A stretch of 64,000 nucleotides of DNA from Longimicrobiales bacterium (GCA_965238005.1 OZ250165.1:3104001-3168000); one strand, 5' to 3'. Positions 39,428-50,386 are shown, counted from the stretch's first letter. Made by a program: numbers and translations. Notes: a model not told the origin generated them from the letters alone.

Positions 39428-40204
39428 ATGACCTACGACGAGTTCTCCCGCGTGGCCCAGGAGGCCTTCCAGAGCATTCCCGAGGCGTATCGGGAGGGCA
39501 TCGAGGGGGTCACGACCGTGGAGTCGACGGAGGCCCACCCCGAGCTCCCCGGCGTGGTCACGCTCGGTGAATGCCTCACACAGGCCTACAACTCGGACTG
39601 GCAAGGCCCCGAGACCACTCGCTCGCGGGTGGTCCTCTACTACGGCTCCTTCCGCCAGATGGCACAGGACAATCCAGACTTCGACTGGGAGGGGGAGCTC
39701 TGGGAGACCCTCACCCACGAGCTCCAGCACCACCTCGAGTCCCTGGCCGACGAGGATGCCCTGGAGGCCATGGACTACGCCATGGACGAGTCGTTCAAGC
39801 GAGAGCGGGACGAGCTCTTCGATCCATGGTACTTCCAGTGGGGCGAGCCGGTGGGCGAGGGGATGTACCGGGTGGAGGACGAGGTATACATCGAGCAGGT
39901 CCTCACGGCGGAGGAGTTCGACCGCCTGGAGAAGATCGACTTCACGTGGGAAGGCCAGGCCTACCGGATCCCCCGGCCCAGGGAGCTGGGCGACATCCAC
40001 TTCGTCGTCGTGGAGGGCACCGATCCCTACATCCAGGTGGTCCTGGTCCAGCGAGCCTCGTGGCGTCAGCGGCTCCGGGGCGGACTACGCTCCCAAGGCC
40101 CCGTGGTGCTGGAGAGTGGCGCCGAGGCGCGACGGGTTGCCCCTAAGGGCGACGAGGTCGGTCGCGACGACGCGGAAGGCCGCGAACGCGACCCGCTGGT
40201 ATAG
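39428..40204 (+). CDS. Zincin-like metallopeptidase
   Basis: VVLYYGSF...ETLTHELQHHLE (HExxH). Confidence 0.8.
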   Translation: MTYDEFSRVAQEAFQSIPEAYREGIEGVTTVESTEAHPELPGVVTLGECLTQAYNSDWQGPETTRSRVVLYYGSFRQMAQDNPDFDWEGELWETLTHELQHHLESLADEDALEAMDYAMDESFKRERDELFDPWYFQWGEPVGEGMYRVEDEVYIEQVLTAEEFDRLEKIDFTWEGQAYRIPRPRELGDIHFVVVEGTDPYIQVVLVQRASWRQRLRGGLRSQGPVVLESGAEARRVAPKGDEVGRDDAEGRERDPLV

Positions 40205-40259
40205 TCGCCGGGAGCCCCCGCACTCTCCTGAGGACCCCCCGTGGGATCCTACCAAGCCG

Positions 40260-41630
40260 CTACTGGAAGGCGACGGTCCTCACGCCCTCCGGCCCGTTAT
40301 CCCAGTCCTGGACGCTCGAGATATTGGGCATGCCCCAGTCGTTGCCGTTCCAGCCGTTGAAGCCGTCCATCCTGAAGGCCCAGAACCCGCTGTGCATGTC
40401 GCTCACCACGATGAGGCCGTCGGCGTTCCTCACGTCGACGCCGAACGCCCCGTTCGCAACGCCGCCCCCGGTGTACGGGGCCACCTCGTCGTAGGTGTCG
40501 TAATAGCCCACCGTCCGCGGGTTGGTGGGGTCCCTCATGTTGATGATCTGGAGTCCGTCCTCGTACGCAGAGACGAACACGTACGGCCAGCGGATCTCCA
40601 TGTTGTGCGACGACTTCTTCCAGTCGGCGGTCCATTCGCCGATGGGCTGGCGGATGACGGCCACTTCGCCGTCCAGAGCCGGCTTTAGGTCGTAGAAACG
40701 GAGTGGGGCGTGGGCCGGTGACGTCATCTCGCTGATGGCGTAACGGTGATCTGGGGTGGCCACCCATGTGTGACCTCCCGACTGCTGGCCCTGGACGGCC
40801 ATCTGGGTGACGAGCAGTACGGGGTTCGTGATGTCGGTGACGTCCCAGACGTAGTTCCCGCCCAGGTATGTGGTCTCCGGCCCACCACCGTAGAACTTGT
40901 CCTGACCGGTGGCCGGGTCGTACGCCACATACGCGTCGTGGTATCCCCGTGCGGCGCCCCGCGGCTCGGGGAGCGGCATGCGTGAGACCAGCCCGTAGTC
41001 CGGATCGCCCTGGAGGAACAGCTCCATGTCGTAGACGTTGGCCCCATGGGGGACCGACTGGGGCGACTCGGTGGTCGCGAAGAGCAGCACCCTGCCCGTG
41101 GAGTGCTTGTACGTGAAGATGTTGTGGAAGCCGCCCGGCGTGTCGGGAGCGCGGATTCGGCCGACTTCACGGACCGTCGATGGATCCGGAAGTCCCGTCA
41201 CGTCGAACACCACTGCGCCCAGGTCCGAATCGGGCCCGCCCTGCCGGAAGCTCATTGACTGCACGTAGTAGTAGCGGCCGTTGAGCTTGAAGTACTTGCC
41301 GTCAAGCCCTGCGCCACGGTGCAGCTCGGCGTTCTCAATGAACCACGAGTAGATGACCTTCGCCTCTGCGGGCGCCGACAGGTCGATGATTTGGAACCCG
41401 GACGGGTTGAGCCGCCGCGATAAATACACGTAGGGGCGCTCCAGATCCTGCTCGATCTCGATGTCGGCCACCTGCAGGGCTCCGGCCAAGGGCACGTGGG
41501 CGACGATCTTCACATTGTCGCTGCCCTGCTCGCCGGGAGCGTATTGGCCGAACGTCTCGGCCGGCGCCAGGACGAGCAGTGAGAGAACGCCCACGAGTGG
41601 CCCCGCGGTAGCCGCCAGCCTGGCACGCAT
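40260..41630 (-). CDS. Secreted LVIVD-repeat beta-propeller protein, paralog 1
   Basis: Signal peptide; GLQIINMRDPTNPRTVGYYDT; His motifs FHNI, YHD, GHT, SHN. Confidence 0.8.
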   Translation of the reverse strand: MRARLAATAGPLVGVLSLLVLAPAETFGQYAPGEQGSDNVKIVAHVPLAGALQVADIEIEQDLERPYVYLSRRLNPSGFQIIDLSAPAEAKVIYSWFIENAELHRGAGLDGKYFKLNGRYYYVQSMSFRQGGPDSDLGAVVFDVTGLPDPSTVREVGRIRAPDTPGGFHNIFTYKHSTGRVLLFATTESPQSVPHGANVYDMELFLQGDPDYGLVSRMPLPEPRGAARGYHDAYVAYDPATGQDKFYGGGPETTYLGGNYVWDVTDITNPVLLVTQMAVQGQQSGGHTWVATPDHRYAISEMTSPAHAPLRFYDLKPALDGEVAVIRQPIGEWTADWKKSSHNMEIRWPYVFVSAYEDGLQIINMRDPTNPRTVGYYDTYDEVAPYTGGGVANGAFGVDVRNADGLIVVSDMHSGFWAFRMDGFNGWNGNDWGMPNISSVQDWDNGPEGVRTVAFQ

Positions 41631-41907
41631 TGCAACCTCCGGAGAACTGGATCGGCAACGTGCCGATCGGACACTAGGTCACTAGGGGTTGTCCAAGCCG
41701 TCCACCTGCCGGAGGGTCGTCTTGAACCTTTTGGGCCAGGTCAAGTGGAGCACCTCCCCACCGTCGGCCACATGAAACTGGATGGACGCCTCGTTCTCGG
41801 GCCAGCCCGCCATGTAGCCCGGGTTCTTGACCATGAACGCCCGCCGGAGCATCCGATCAGGATTGGCGCTTGAGCGGCGGAACGCAAGAGGGTTCGGCCC
41901 ATTCCCC

Positions 41908-42065
41908 CTATTCCGGCGTCAGCGCCGTCACCGGATCCACGGTGGTCACCCGCCGCGCGGGGATGAAGCTCGCGAGCACTCCCACCCCGGCCAAGACGGC
42001 TACCACCGCACCGAAGACCATGGGGTCGCGGGCGTTCACCTCGAACAGGACGAACTGGAGAGGGC
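41908..42065 (-). pseudogene. MacB/FtsX (ADOP-type) ABC permease C-terminal stub
   Basis: LFEVNARDPMVF...ASFIPARR...VDPVTAL. Confidence 0.75.
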
Positions 42066-42164
42066 CCGCTGCCAGGGGGCGTGCGTCCGTCGGCGTCGGG
42101 GGATCCAAAGGAAGTCGAGTGACGAGTTCGCCCCGCCCTACGTAGATAGAGTGGTATGGTTTTC

Positions 42165-43574
42165 TCAGGCCTTCGCCGGCTCCATCTCGACCTCGATGTG
42201 CTTCCACTTCTCGCGCTTGAAGACGAACGCGCTGAGCGCGGCACGGGTGAAGTGGCCCAGCACGATGGCCAGCCAGATGTCGCTCGCGTTCAACGTCGAG
42301 AGCGTTTGGATCGTGAAGCACATCCCCAGGGGGATCACGATCTGCGAGACGATGGAGATGTAGAGCGGGCTCTTGGTGTCGCCGGTGCCCTGAAGCCCGC
42401 CAGTAATCGCGAGCGCGACCGTGATGAAGAGCCCGGAGACGGCGAGGTAGCGGAGGAGCTGGACCCCCAGATCCACGACCACGGGGTCGTCCATCCCGAA
42501 GACTCCCAGGAGGTGCGTCGGGATCAGGAGGAATGTCGAGCCGATGGCGGCAGCGAGCATCAGACCGAAACCAGCCGCTACGTGCACCGCCTTGCTCGTC
42601 CGGTCGGGGCGCCCGGCACCTAGATTCTGGCCGGCTACCGCGGCCGTGGCCCCCATGATGCCCACTGCCGTCCAGGTGATGAACGAGAAGAGCTGCGTGT
42701 AGCTCACCACGTAGGCCGCCTGCGCCTGTGCGCTCATCGCCAGCGACCCGATGAACGCCAGGAGCACGACCCCGCCCACGTTCATGGCGACTCCCTGGAT
42801 GCCGGTGGGCAAGCCGAAGCGGAAGAGCTGGCGAATGATGGGCCAATCGGGCCGCAGGCTCATGCCGCGATGGAAGGCCACCACCCATTTGCCTGAGAAG
42901 AGCCGGCTCAACGCATACAGGCTGATCACGCCGCCGGCGATGACGGTGCCCATGGCTGCCCCCGTCGTTCCGAACGCGGGAATGGGACCCAGGCCACGGA
43001 TCAGAATCACGTTGAGTACGATGTTAAGGACGGTGAGCACGATCCCCAGCCGAAGCGGCGTCTGGGCGTCACCCGCGGACCGGAGCGCTCCACCCAGCAT
43101 GAAGAACATCAGCGTCCCGAAGGAGAAGACGAACAGGATCCGCAGGTACGGGAGCGCCTCCAACTGCACTTCCGGCGCGGCGTTCACCAGCCCCAGGAGC
43201 GAGGGTGCCGCGACGTACCCGATGGGCGCAAGGATGACCAACACGAGCAGTACGGAGGTCAGGAACGCCTGATAGACGGTCCGGTTCACCTTGTCCGGCT
43301 CGTTCGCCCCCGCGAAGCGGGCCACGAGCACGCCCATCCCCGTGAAGAGCGAGCTGATGAAGACCATCACGACGAGGAAGATCTGCCACGACACGCCGAT
43401 GGCGGCATTCCCGATGTAGCCGACGTAGTGGCCCACCATGGTGTGATCGACGATGCCCTGGACGCCACCGATGATGTTCTGGAGCATCGTGGGCCAGGCG
43501 AGCTTCCACACCGCGCCGCGGATCGGCCCCTCCACGATGGACCGATCGAAAGCCTTGGTCGCCTGTGTGCTCAA
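42165..43574 (-). CDS. MATE family efflux transporter
   Basis: LAWPTML, LRSAGDAQTPL, NIVLN, GQNLGAG, LQGTGDTKSP. Confidence 0.93.
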   Translation of the reverse strand: MSTQATKAFDRSIVEGPIRGAVWKLAWPTMLQNIIGGVQGIVDHTMVGHYVGYIGNAAIGVSWQIFLVVMVFISSLFTGMGVLVARFAGANEPDKVNRTVYQAFLTSVLLVLVILAPIGYVAAPSLLGLVNAAPEVQLEALPYLRILFVFSFGTLMFFMLGGALRSAGDAQTPLRLGIVLTVLNIVLNVILIRGLGPIPAFGTTGAAMGTVIAGGVISLYALSRLFSGKWVVAFHRGMSLRPDWPIIRQLFRFGLPTGIQGVAMNVGGVVLLAFIGSLAMSAQAQAAYVVSYTQLFSFITWTAVGIMGATAAVAGQNLGAGRPDRTSKAVHVAAGFGLMLAAAIGSTFLLIPTHLLGVFGMDDPVVVDLGVQLLRYLAVSGLFITVALAITGGLQGTGDTKSPLYISIVSQIVIPLGMCFTIQTLSTLNASDIWLAIVLGHFTRAALSAFVFKREKWKHIEVEMEPAKA

Positions 43575-43647
43575 ATCACCAGATCAGATGGAGTGTGGTC
43601 CGTGACCGCCGACCTCGGACGGATCGATCGGCACGGTGCTGGTGGCG

Positions 43648-44064
43648 TCAGATCTTGATGAAGATCCGTCTCTCATACAGCCAGTGGCAGAGATAGGTCA
43701 TGACCCGCCAAGTCCAACCCGTATCCGAGTCAGCTTCTCGGACTCGGGACGTTCGCTCATCAGGAGCCTCCCCCGCCAGGACCCCCCAGATCGTGTGCGC
43801 CGCCGTGGGCAGCGCGTTGATGGCCACCCAGCCGCTCGGGTTGATCTTCCCCATGAGCACCGTGTCCATCCAAGCCCCGAAGTTCTGACCCTGGACGAAG
43901 GGCTGGTCGAAGCCCGTCACGGGGAACGTGCGATAGACGATTTCGCTGTGAAGGATGACGCCCAGAAAGAACAGGACCGTACATGGGTAGGCGATGTGCC
44001 GGAAGGTCTGTAGCCAGGACCCTCCCGCGGCCCACCTCCGCGTGAGCGAGAACGCCATGGCCAC
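43648..44064 (-). pseudogene. DUF5009/heparan-acetyltransferase-like membrane protein remnant
   Basis: GMAMAFS.., GQNFGAWMD..LMGK...GWVAINALPT.AHTIWG, WLYERRIFIKI with intervening segments missing. Confidence 0.6.
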
Positions 44065-44166
44065 GCCGATACGAGGCGTCCTTCCGGCGCGCCGGACCTG
44101 GGCAATGGACTCACGGGAGAGGCGACCCTGGTGCTGTGTCCCGGGAGGTCAACCATGATGCGGTGC

Positions 44167-45878
44167 TCACCTTCGGTGCACGATCTCCCCGCCCACGATC
44201 GTCATCACGACCTCCGTCTCGAGAATCTCGGGTGCCGGTATCGACAGGATGTCCTTGGAGAGCACCGTGACATCGGCCAGCTTGCCGGGCGTCAGGGATC
44301 CGAGGATGTCTTCTTGGAAGGCGGCATAGGCCGCGTTGATCGTGTAGATCTCGAGCGCCTCCATTCGGCTCAGGGCCTGTTCCGGGTACCAACCGCCCTC
44401 GGGCTGCCCATGCTGGTCCTGACGGGTCACAGCGGCGTGAATCCCCCACAGAGGATTTGTATAGTCCACGGGGAACGAAGGTGTGTCCGAGCTCGCCACC
44501 AGCTTCGCTCCCGATTCCACGAGGGACTTCCAGGCGTAGGCTCCCTTGATGCGCTCCGCACCGACCCGGGCCTCGGCGAATCCCATGTCCATGGTCGCAT
44601 GGATCGGCTGCATCGATGGGATCACGCCGAGCTCGCCGAACCGAGGAATATCGGTGAGGGCAACCACCTGTGCGTGCTCATCCTCGGGCGAGGGTCGGCG
44701 ACGGACAACTCGCGTTGCGCCCTCTCCATGGCGTCCAGGACGACCCGGTTTCCCCGGTCCCCGATAGCGTGGACGGCCACCTGGTAGCCCGCGCTCATGG
44801 CTTTCTGAACAAGCCTGTAAATCTCATCCGGGGAGTTGGGTATGAGACCCACGGCCTCCGGGCTGTCGCTGTAGGGCTCCAGGAGGGCTGCACCTCGGGC
44901 TCCGAGGGCCCCGTCTGCATAGGCCTTGAGGGATCGCATGGTGAGCCGGTGATCCCCCAGACCGATCTCCGGCGGGCGGGAGATGTACTCTTCGAGAACC
45001 GGTCCCGCATCGGGCACCAGGAACATCACGTAGAGGCGGAGCTTCAGCTTCCCCTCGGCCAGGAGCTCCTTGTAGATCTCGATCTCCTCGTAGCCCACCC
45101 CCGCATCGTGGACACCGGTGAGTCCCAGAGCGACCGCCGTTTCGATGGAGAGCTCGATATTGGCCTTCTTGGACGACCGAGTCTCCGCCGGCAGGGCATC
45201 GGCAACCAGGTCGGTGGCGGTCTCCACGAGAATCCCCGTAGGCTCACCTGTTCCCGGATCACGGACGATCTCTCCACCTGGCGGATCGGCCGTGGCCCCT
45301 GTGATTCCCGCCAGCTCCAGAGCCCGGTCATTCACCCAGGCCGCGTGACTCGCCATCCCGACCAGAAAGACGGGATTGTCAGGGGCGACCCGGTTGAGCT
45401 CGGCCTTGCCGGGATACGCCTGCGTGTTCCAGTAGACCGTATGCCAACCCTGACCCGTGATCCAATCGCCGGGGTTCGCCTCCGCCACTTCCCGGGCCAC
45501 CACGGCGATGGCCTCGTCCGGCGAGGCGGTACCGTCCAGGAACAGCGTCTCGGTGCGCTTCCCCAGCCGTGGGAAGTGTAGGTGTGCATCGATGAGGCCC
45601 GGGACGGCCGTCGCACCTCTCAGGTCGATGGACTCGGTGCCGTCTCCCGCCAGCTCCAGTATCTCGAAGTCGCTCCCCGCCGCGAGGATCCGATCTCCAC
45701 GGATGGCAAGGGCTTCGGCGGTGGGCCGATCGGGATCGACTGTCACGATGTGCCCGTTGTGGAGAATCAGATCGGCCGTGCCAGGGGCACCGTCCGGTTC
45801 TCCGCAGGCTGCAAGCATCGCGGCACTCGCCAGGAGGAAGGCGAGGGTGGCGCTGCGAACAGGAATCTTGGGAGACAT
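44167..45878 (-). pseudogene. Amidohydrolase-3 (YtcJ-like) lipoprotein with 1-bp frameshift near 44680
   Basis: Lipobox LAAC; PGLIDAHLH, DGALGARGA, VHAIGD; R-I-E-H-A-Q is broken (AGG AT GAG CAC); could be a sequencing error. Confidence 0.85.
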
Positions 45879-46020
45879 GGGTGACAATATGCAGGGCGGT
45901 GCGGGGCTCCGCGAGTCGGTGACGAAGCGCTCACCCCGCGACTGGAGGACAGCCTGCCCGGTGGGACTCCCACGCTCGCGGCTCGACGCGGGGGTCCGCG
46001 GCGTGTGATAGGGTAGCGCC

Positions 46021-46315
46021 ATGGAGAGCACGGAGAGACAGCAGGGCCACCGGCTCGTGGAGCCCAGCGACGAGCGGGCCGTGGCCGAGGCTCGCGACGT
46101 GGCTCACCGGGAAGCCATCCTGTGCACGTTGGGCGGCTTATCGAAGACCCGACCGTCTGGAGGTCGGCGACCCGGTACCCGGGCTCGAGCTGACGGTGCT
46201 GACCGATCTGGACCCCCCCGGCTCGGACACCGTGGACATCGCGGCAGCGTACGACCGGCCGGTGATACTCATATTCGGCAGCTATACGTGCTGCTCGGGC
46301 CCTAGTTCCCGATGA
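46021..46315 (+). pseudogene. Deiodinase-like / peroxiredoxin-fold protein remnant
   Basis: Frame from 46148 reads LEVGDPVPGLELT...DRPVILIFGSYTC, then similarity ends. Confidence 0.6.
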
Positions 46316-46457
46316 TTGCCCCGTTGCCGGGCGTCCGGCCTCCCGCGAGCCACGTGTCGGGTGACAACGACACGGCCTCGCCGCCCGGGTCGCAAGCGAC
46401 AAAGGCGACGAGGCCGAACTCAGAGAACGGTCTCGACGGTCGTCCGGTCGGGTCCTG

Positions 46458-47780
46458 TCAGTTGCGAGTCCGCGCCTGAACGGCCGGTCCGTTCTCCCAG
46501 TCCTGCACGCTGGAGATGTTGGGCTGGCCCCAGTCCAGGCCGTTCCATCCGCTGAAACCCTCCATCTTGAAGACCCAGAAGCCCGTCTCGATATCGGACA
46601 TGACGATCAGACCATCCGCGTTGCGCACGTCCACGCCCCAGGAGCCGTTCATCGCACCCTGCTCGTCCTCTGCCGTCTCCAGGTACGTGTCGTAGTGGGC
46701 GATCGTCTTCGGGTGCTTCGGGTCCGACAGGGTGAAGACCTGGAGGCCGTCCAGGTAGCCGGACACGAACACGTACGGCCAGCGCACCTCATGGTTGTGC
46801 ACCAGGTGCTCCCAGTCCGCCGTCCACGCCGAGATGGGCCGGTTGATGTTCGCGACCTCGCCGTCGAGACCCGGCTTCAGGTCGAAAATCCGGAGCGGAG
46901 CGTACTGGTACTCGGTCTCCGCGATGACGTAGCGGCCGTCGGCCGAGGGCGTGAAGGTGTGACCGCGCCGCACGCCGTTGATCCCCGTGAGGCTCACCAG
47001 GAGCTCCGGGTTCTCCAGGTCGGTGATGTTGTAGACGTAGTAGCCGCCGGTGCCGCCACCGTAGAAGCGGTCCTGCTCGCTGTCGGAGTGGTAGCCCGTG
47101 TAGAAATCGTGGTAGCCGCGGGAACCCTGAACCGCCTGCGACTCGGGCACGGGCACCTGTGCCACCAGCGCCTCGTCGAGCCGGCCGTCCACCACATAGC
47201 CAAGGTCGTATACGTTGGCGTAAGGGCCCGCCACGGTGGCGAACAGGAGCGGGCGCCCGTTGCTGTGCCGGTAGACGTAGATGTTGTGGAATCCGCCGAT
47301 CTCACCCGGGCCCTGGATGCGACCCACTTCCTTCCAGGTCGACACGTCGGGGAGGTCCGTGGCGTCGAATACGACGGCCCCGAGGTCCGCGTCCGGACCG
47401 CCCTGACGGAACTGGACCGAATGGACCACGTAGTTGCGCCCCTTGTACTCGAAGATCTTGATGTCCTTCCCGGCGGACCCAACGTGCAGGTCCATGTCGT
47501 CGAAGCTCCACCGGAGAATGACCTCCGGGTTGTACGGATCGCTCAGATCGATGATGTCCAGCCCCCGGTTCTGCCGACCGACGTAGGCATAGGGACGGTC
47601 CATGTCCTGCTCGATCTCGATGTCGGACACCTCTAATCCGAGCGGGAGGTGTGCGACCACCTCGATGTTGTCGCTCCCCCGCTTCTCCGCGTCCGACTGC
47701 GCCGCCAGCGTGGTGCTGGTCGCGAGAAGGGTCACGCCGGCCAGGGTCGCGGCAAGCGTTACAGTACGGTGCATTCTCAT
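46458..47780 (-). CDS. Secreted LVIVD-repeat beta-propeller protein, paralog 2
   Basis: Signal peptide; same motifs as paralogs 1 and 3. Confidence 0.8.
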   Translation of the reverse strand: MRMHRTVTLAATLAGVTLLATSTTLAAQSDAEKRGSDNIEVVAHLPLGLEVSDIEIEQDMDRPYAYVGRQNRGLDIIDLSDPYNPEVILRWSFDDMDLHVGSAGKDIKIFEYKGRNYVVHSVQFRQGGPDADLGAVVFDATDLPDVSTWKEVGRIQGPGEIGGFHNIYVYRHSNGRPLLFATVAGPYANVYDLGYVVDGRLDEALVAQVPVPESQAVQGSRGYHDFYTGYHSDSEQDRFYGGGTGGYYVYNITDLENPELLVSLTGINGVRRGHTFTPSADGRYVIAETEYQYAPLRIFDLKPGLDGEVANINRPISAWTADWEHLVHNHEVRWPYVFVSGYLDGLQVFTLSDPKHPKTIAHYDTYLETAEDEQGAMNGSWGVDVRNADGLIVMSDIETGFWVFKMEGFSGWNGLDWGQPNISSVQDWENGPAVQARTRN

Positions 47781-47908
47781 GTTTCACCTCGGTCGATTCG
47801 ATTCTCGGCGGAAGCGTATCCATCGCGCGGCAACACCCGCCGATCACTCCGGAGACTGAAGTCTAGGCCGTCGTGCGGAAACGTCAACGGCGGCCGCCGT
47901 GTACGGGC

Positions 47909-49258
47909 CTACTTCCTCGTCACAGCCTGCACCGCGGGCCCGTTCTCGAAGTCCTGTGCGCTCGAGAGGTTCGGCATCCCCCAGTCCAATCCATTCCAGC
48001 CGTTGAAGCCCTCCATGTGGAAGAGCCAGAGGCCCGTCGACATGTCGGAGATCAGGATGAGGCCGTCGGCGTTGCGCACATCCACACCCCAAGCACCGTG
48101 CGTGATGTTGACGCCCTCTTCGAGCCCGATGTTCGTGTCGTAGTGGGCCACGGTCCTCGGCTTCTTGGGATCCTGGAGGCTGAACACCTGGAGGCCGTCC
48201 CGGTATCCGGACACGAACACCAGCGGCCACCGGACCTCGTGGTTGTGGACCAGGTTCTCCCAGTTGGCCGTCCACGCTGAGATGGGCTGGCGGATGTTGG
48301 TGACCTCACCGTCCAGGCCGGGCTTCAGGTCGAAGATGCGGAGCGGCGCGTACTGGTACTCGGTCTCCGCCACCACGTAGCGGCCGTCGGGTGACGGCGT
48401 GAAGGTGTGACCGCTGCGGACACCGCTGATTCCCGTGAGGCTCACCAGAAGCTCGGGGTTCTCCAGGTCCGTCACGTTGTAGACGTAGTAGCCACCGGTG
48501 CCGCCGCCGTAGAAGCGGTCCTGCTCGCTGTCGGCGTGGTATCCCGTGTAGAAGTCGTGATAGCCACGGCCTCCCCGGGTTCGACTCGACTCCGGAACCG
48601 GGACGTTGGCCACCAAGGCCTCGCCCACCCGTCCCTCCACCACATAGCCCAGGTCGTAGATGTTGGCGTGGGGGGCCGCCACCGTGGCGAAGAGGAGCAC
48701 CCGACCGTTGGAGTGCTTGTAGACGTAGATGTTGTGGAAGCCTCCCCTCTCGACGGATCCCTGGATCCGGGCCACCTCTGTGAGCGTCTCGGGAAGATCG
48801 GTGGCGTCGAAGATGATGGCTCCCAGATCCCCATCCGGCCCGCCCTGGCCGAACTGGGTCGACAGGACCACATAGTGCCTACGGTCCCAGCTGAAGGTCT
48901 TGATGTCCTTGCCGCCGCCACCCACGTGTAGATCCGGGTTCTCGATGCGCCAGCGGTGGATGACCTTGGGCCACTCCGGGTCGCTGATGTCGACGACGTC
49001 CATACCCCGGGCCACCAGAGTCTCCGCGGGTCTACCGCTCGCCAGCTGCCGGCCGACATACGCGTATGGCCGGGACATGTCCTGCTCGACCTCCACATCG
49101 GAGATGGTCCGAAACTCCCCCAGGGGCAGGTGGGCGACGACGGTAAGGTTGTCGCTGCCCCGCGTCTCCGCGTTCTCCTGGGCGAGGGCCGAGCGGGCCG
49201 GTAGGAACGCCGCGCCCATCAGGGCCAGCGCCATTGTAAGGGCATCGTGCGTTTTCAT
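47909..49258 (-). CDS. Secreted LVIVD-repeat beta-propeller protein, paralog 3
   Basis: Signal peptide (ALA-Q); central region nearly identical to paralog 2. Confidence 0.8.
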   Translation of the reverse strand: MKTHDALTMALALMGAAFLPARSALAQENAETRGSDNLTVVAHLPLGEFRTISDVEVEQDMSRPYAYVGRQLASGRPAETLVARGMDVVDISDPEWPKVIHRWRIENPDLHVGGGGKDIKTFSWDRRHYVVLSTQFGQGGPDGDLGAIIFDATDLPETLTEVARIQGSVERGGFHNIYVYKHSNGRVLLFATVAAPHANIYDLGYVVEGRVGEALVANVPVPESSRTRGGRGYHDFYTGYHADSEQDRFYGGGTGGYYVYNVTDLENPELLVSLTGISGVRSGHTFTPSPDGRYVVAETEYQYAPLRIFDLKPGLDGEVTNIRQPISAWTANWENLVHNHEVRWPLVFVSGYRDGLQVFSLQDPKKPRTVAHYDTNIGLEEGVNITHGAWGVDVRNADGLILISDMSTGLWLFHMEGFNGWNGLDWGMPNLSSAQDFENGPAVQAVTRK

Positions 49259-49507
49259 GTGGGCCACCTCGGTTGGATTCGTCTCCGGGCGGAAGGGTTC
49301 GAATCGGTGCATGGCGATGTGCAGCCGTGGAAGAGTATTGTACGGCCAACCTTTACGACGGAGCAAAGGATCGACGCGAGGGCATGGCCCGGGCGATGAG
49401 CGCTCGGCTGCGCTACTATAGAGTTACGCTACGGTGGACCCAGAGATACGCCCACGTCGGACCCGGAAGTCGATGGCTCCGGCGTTTCTGCCTCGATGGA
49501 GAGGATC

Positions 49508-50386
49508 ATGATGACCAATTCTCCCCGCCGGCTTCTGCTGACGGCACTCGTCGCCGGCATGGCCACCGCTCCCGTTGCTGCCGTGACGGTCGCCACTCCC
49601 GCGGCGGCCCAATCGGTGGCCGACATCTTCGAGCATATGATGGACCGCCAGCGCCAGCGTCTGTCCGGCATCGAGAGCATCCTCATCGAGCAGGAGACGA
49701 TGGGGGTCGTGACGACCCTCTACATGGTAAAGGAGATGGTCGACGGCGAGCCCACGTTGATCCCCCGGATGACGGTCGTGGGCGGGATGAACGTGCCCAT
49801 TCGGGGAGGTACCGCCCCTGACGCCTGGTCCGGGTCGGCCCGCGTCTACCGGCAGTGGGCGGAACGCTTCCGTCTCGACGGCACCGGCGAGGTCAACGGA
49901 CGCGCCGCCTATCGTCTGGCCATCGACGACTTCTCGGGGATCGATCTCGGGGCCCCTCCGGGCCAGGACATGTCCATGTCGCCGCGCAGCGCTGTCTTCT
50001 ATGTGGATCGGTCCGACCTGGTGATGCTTCGGATGGAGATGGAGATGGACGCGACGACCGACACCGGAGAGACCCGGGTCGTGAGGATGGCGTCGACCCT
50101 CGACGACTATCGGGACGTCGACGGCTACCTGCACCCCTTCCACACCTCCATCTCCTGGGAAGGGCTGACGGACCTGGGGGCGGGTGGAATGGACCCAGCC
50201 GAGTTGGAACAGCAGTTCCAGGAGATGGAGAAGCGGCTCGCGGACATGCCGGCGGCTCAGCGTGCCATGATGGAGCGGATGCTGAAGCCCCAGATCGAAC
50301 GCCTGAGGGACATGCTCGGTGGGGCGCCCATGGAGATCATCGTGACCCGGCTCGAGGCCAACGTCGATCCCCCCGGGGGGCCGTGA
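49508..50386 (+). CDS. Hypothetical exported, Met-rich protein
   Basis: Signal peptide ending AAA-Q; LolA-like beta pattern (DDYRDVDG); no firm family. Confidence 0.7.
   Translation: MMTNSPRRLLLTALVAGMATAPVAAVTVATPAAAQSVADIFEHMMDRQRQRLSGIESILIEQETMGVVTTLYMVKEMVDGEPTLIPRMTVVGGMNVPIRGGTAPDAWSGSARVYRQWAERFRLDGTGEVNGRAAYRLAIDDFSGIDLGAPPGQDMSMSPRSAVFYVDRSDLVMLRMEMEMDATTDTGETRVVRMASTLDDYRDVDGYLHPFHTSISWEGLTDLGAGGMDPAELEQQFQEMEKRLADMPAAQRAMMERMLKPQIERLRDMLGGAPMEIIVTRLEANVDPPGGP

Noticed and set aside
41650..41668. GATCGGCA-acg-TGCCGATC hairpin upstream of LVIVD paralog 1
   Set aside because: A single occurrence, absent before the other paralogs and without a U-tract; function cannot be supported
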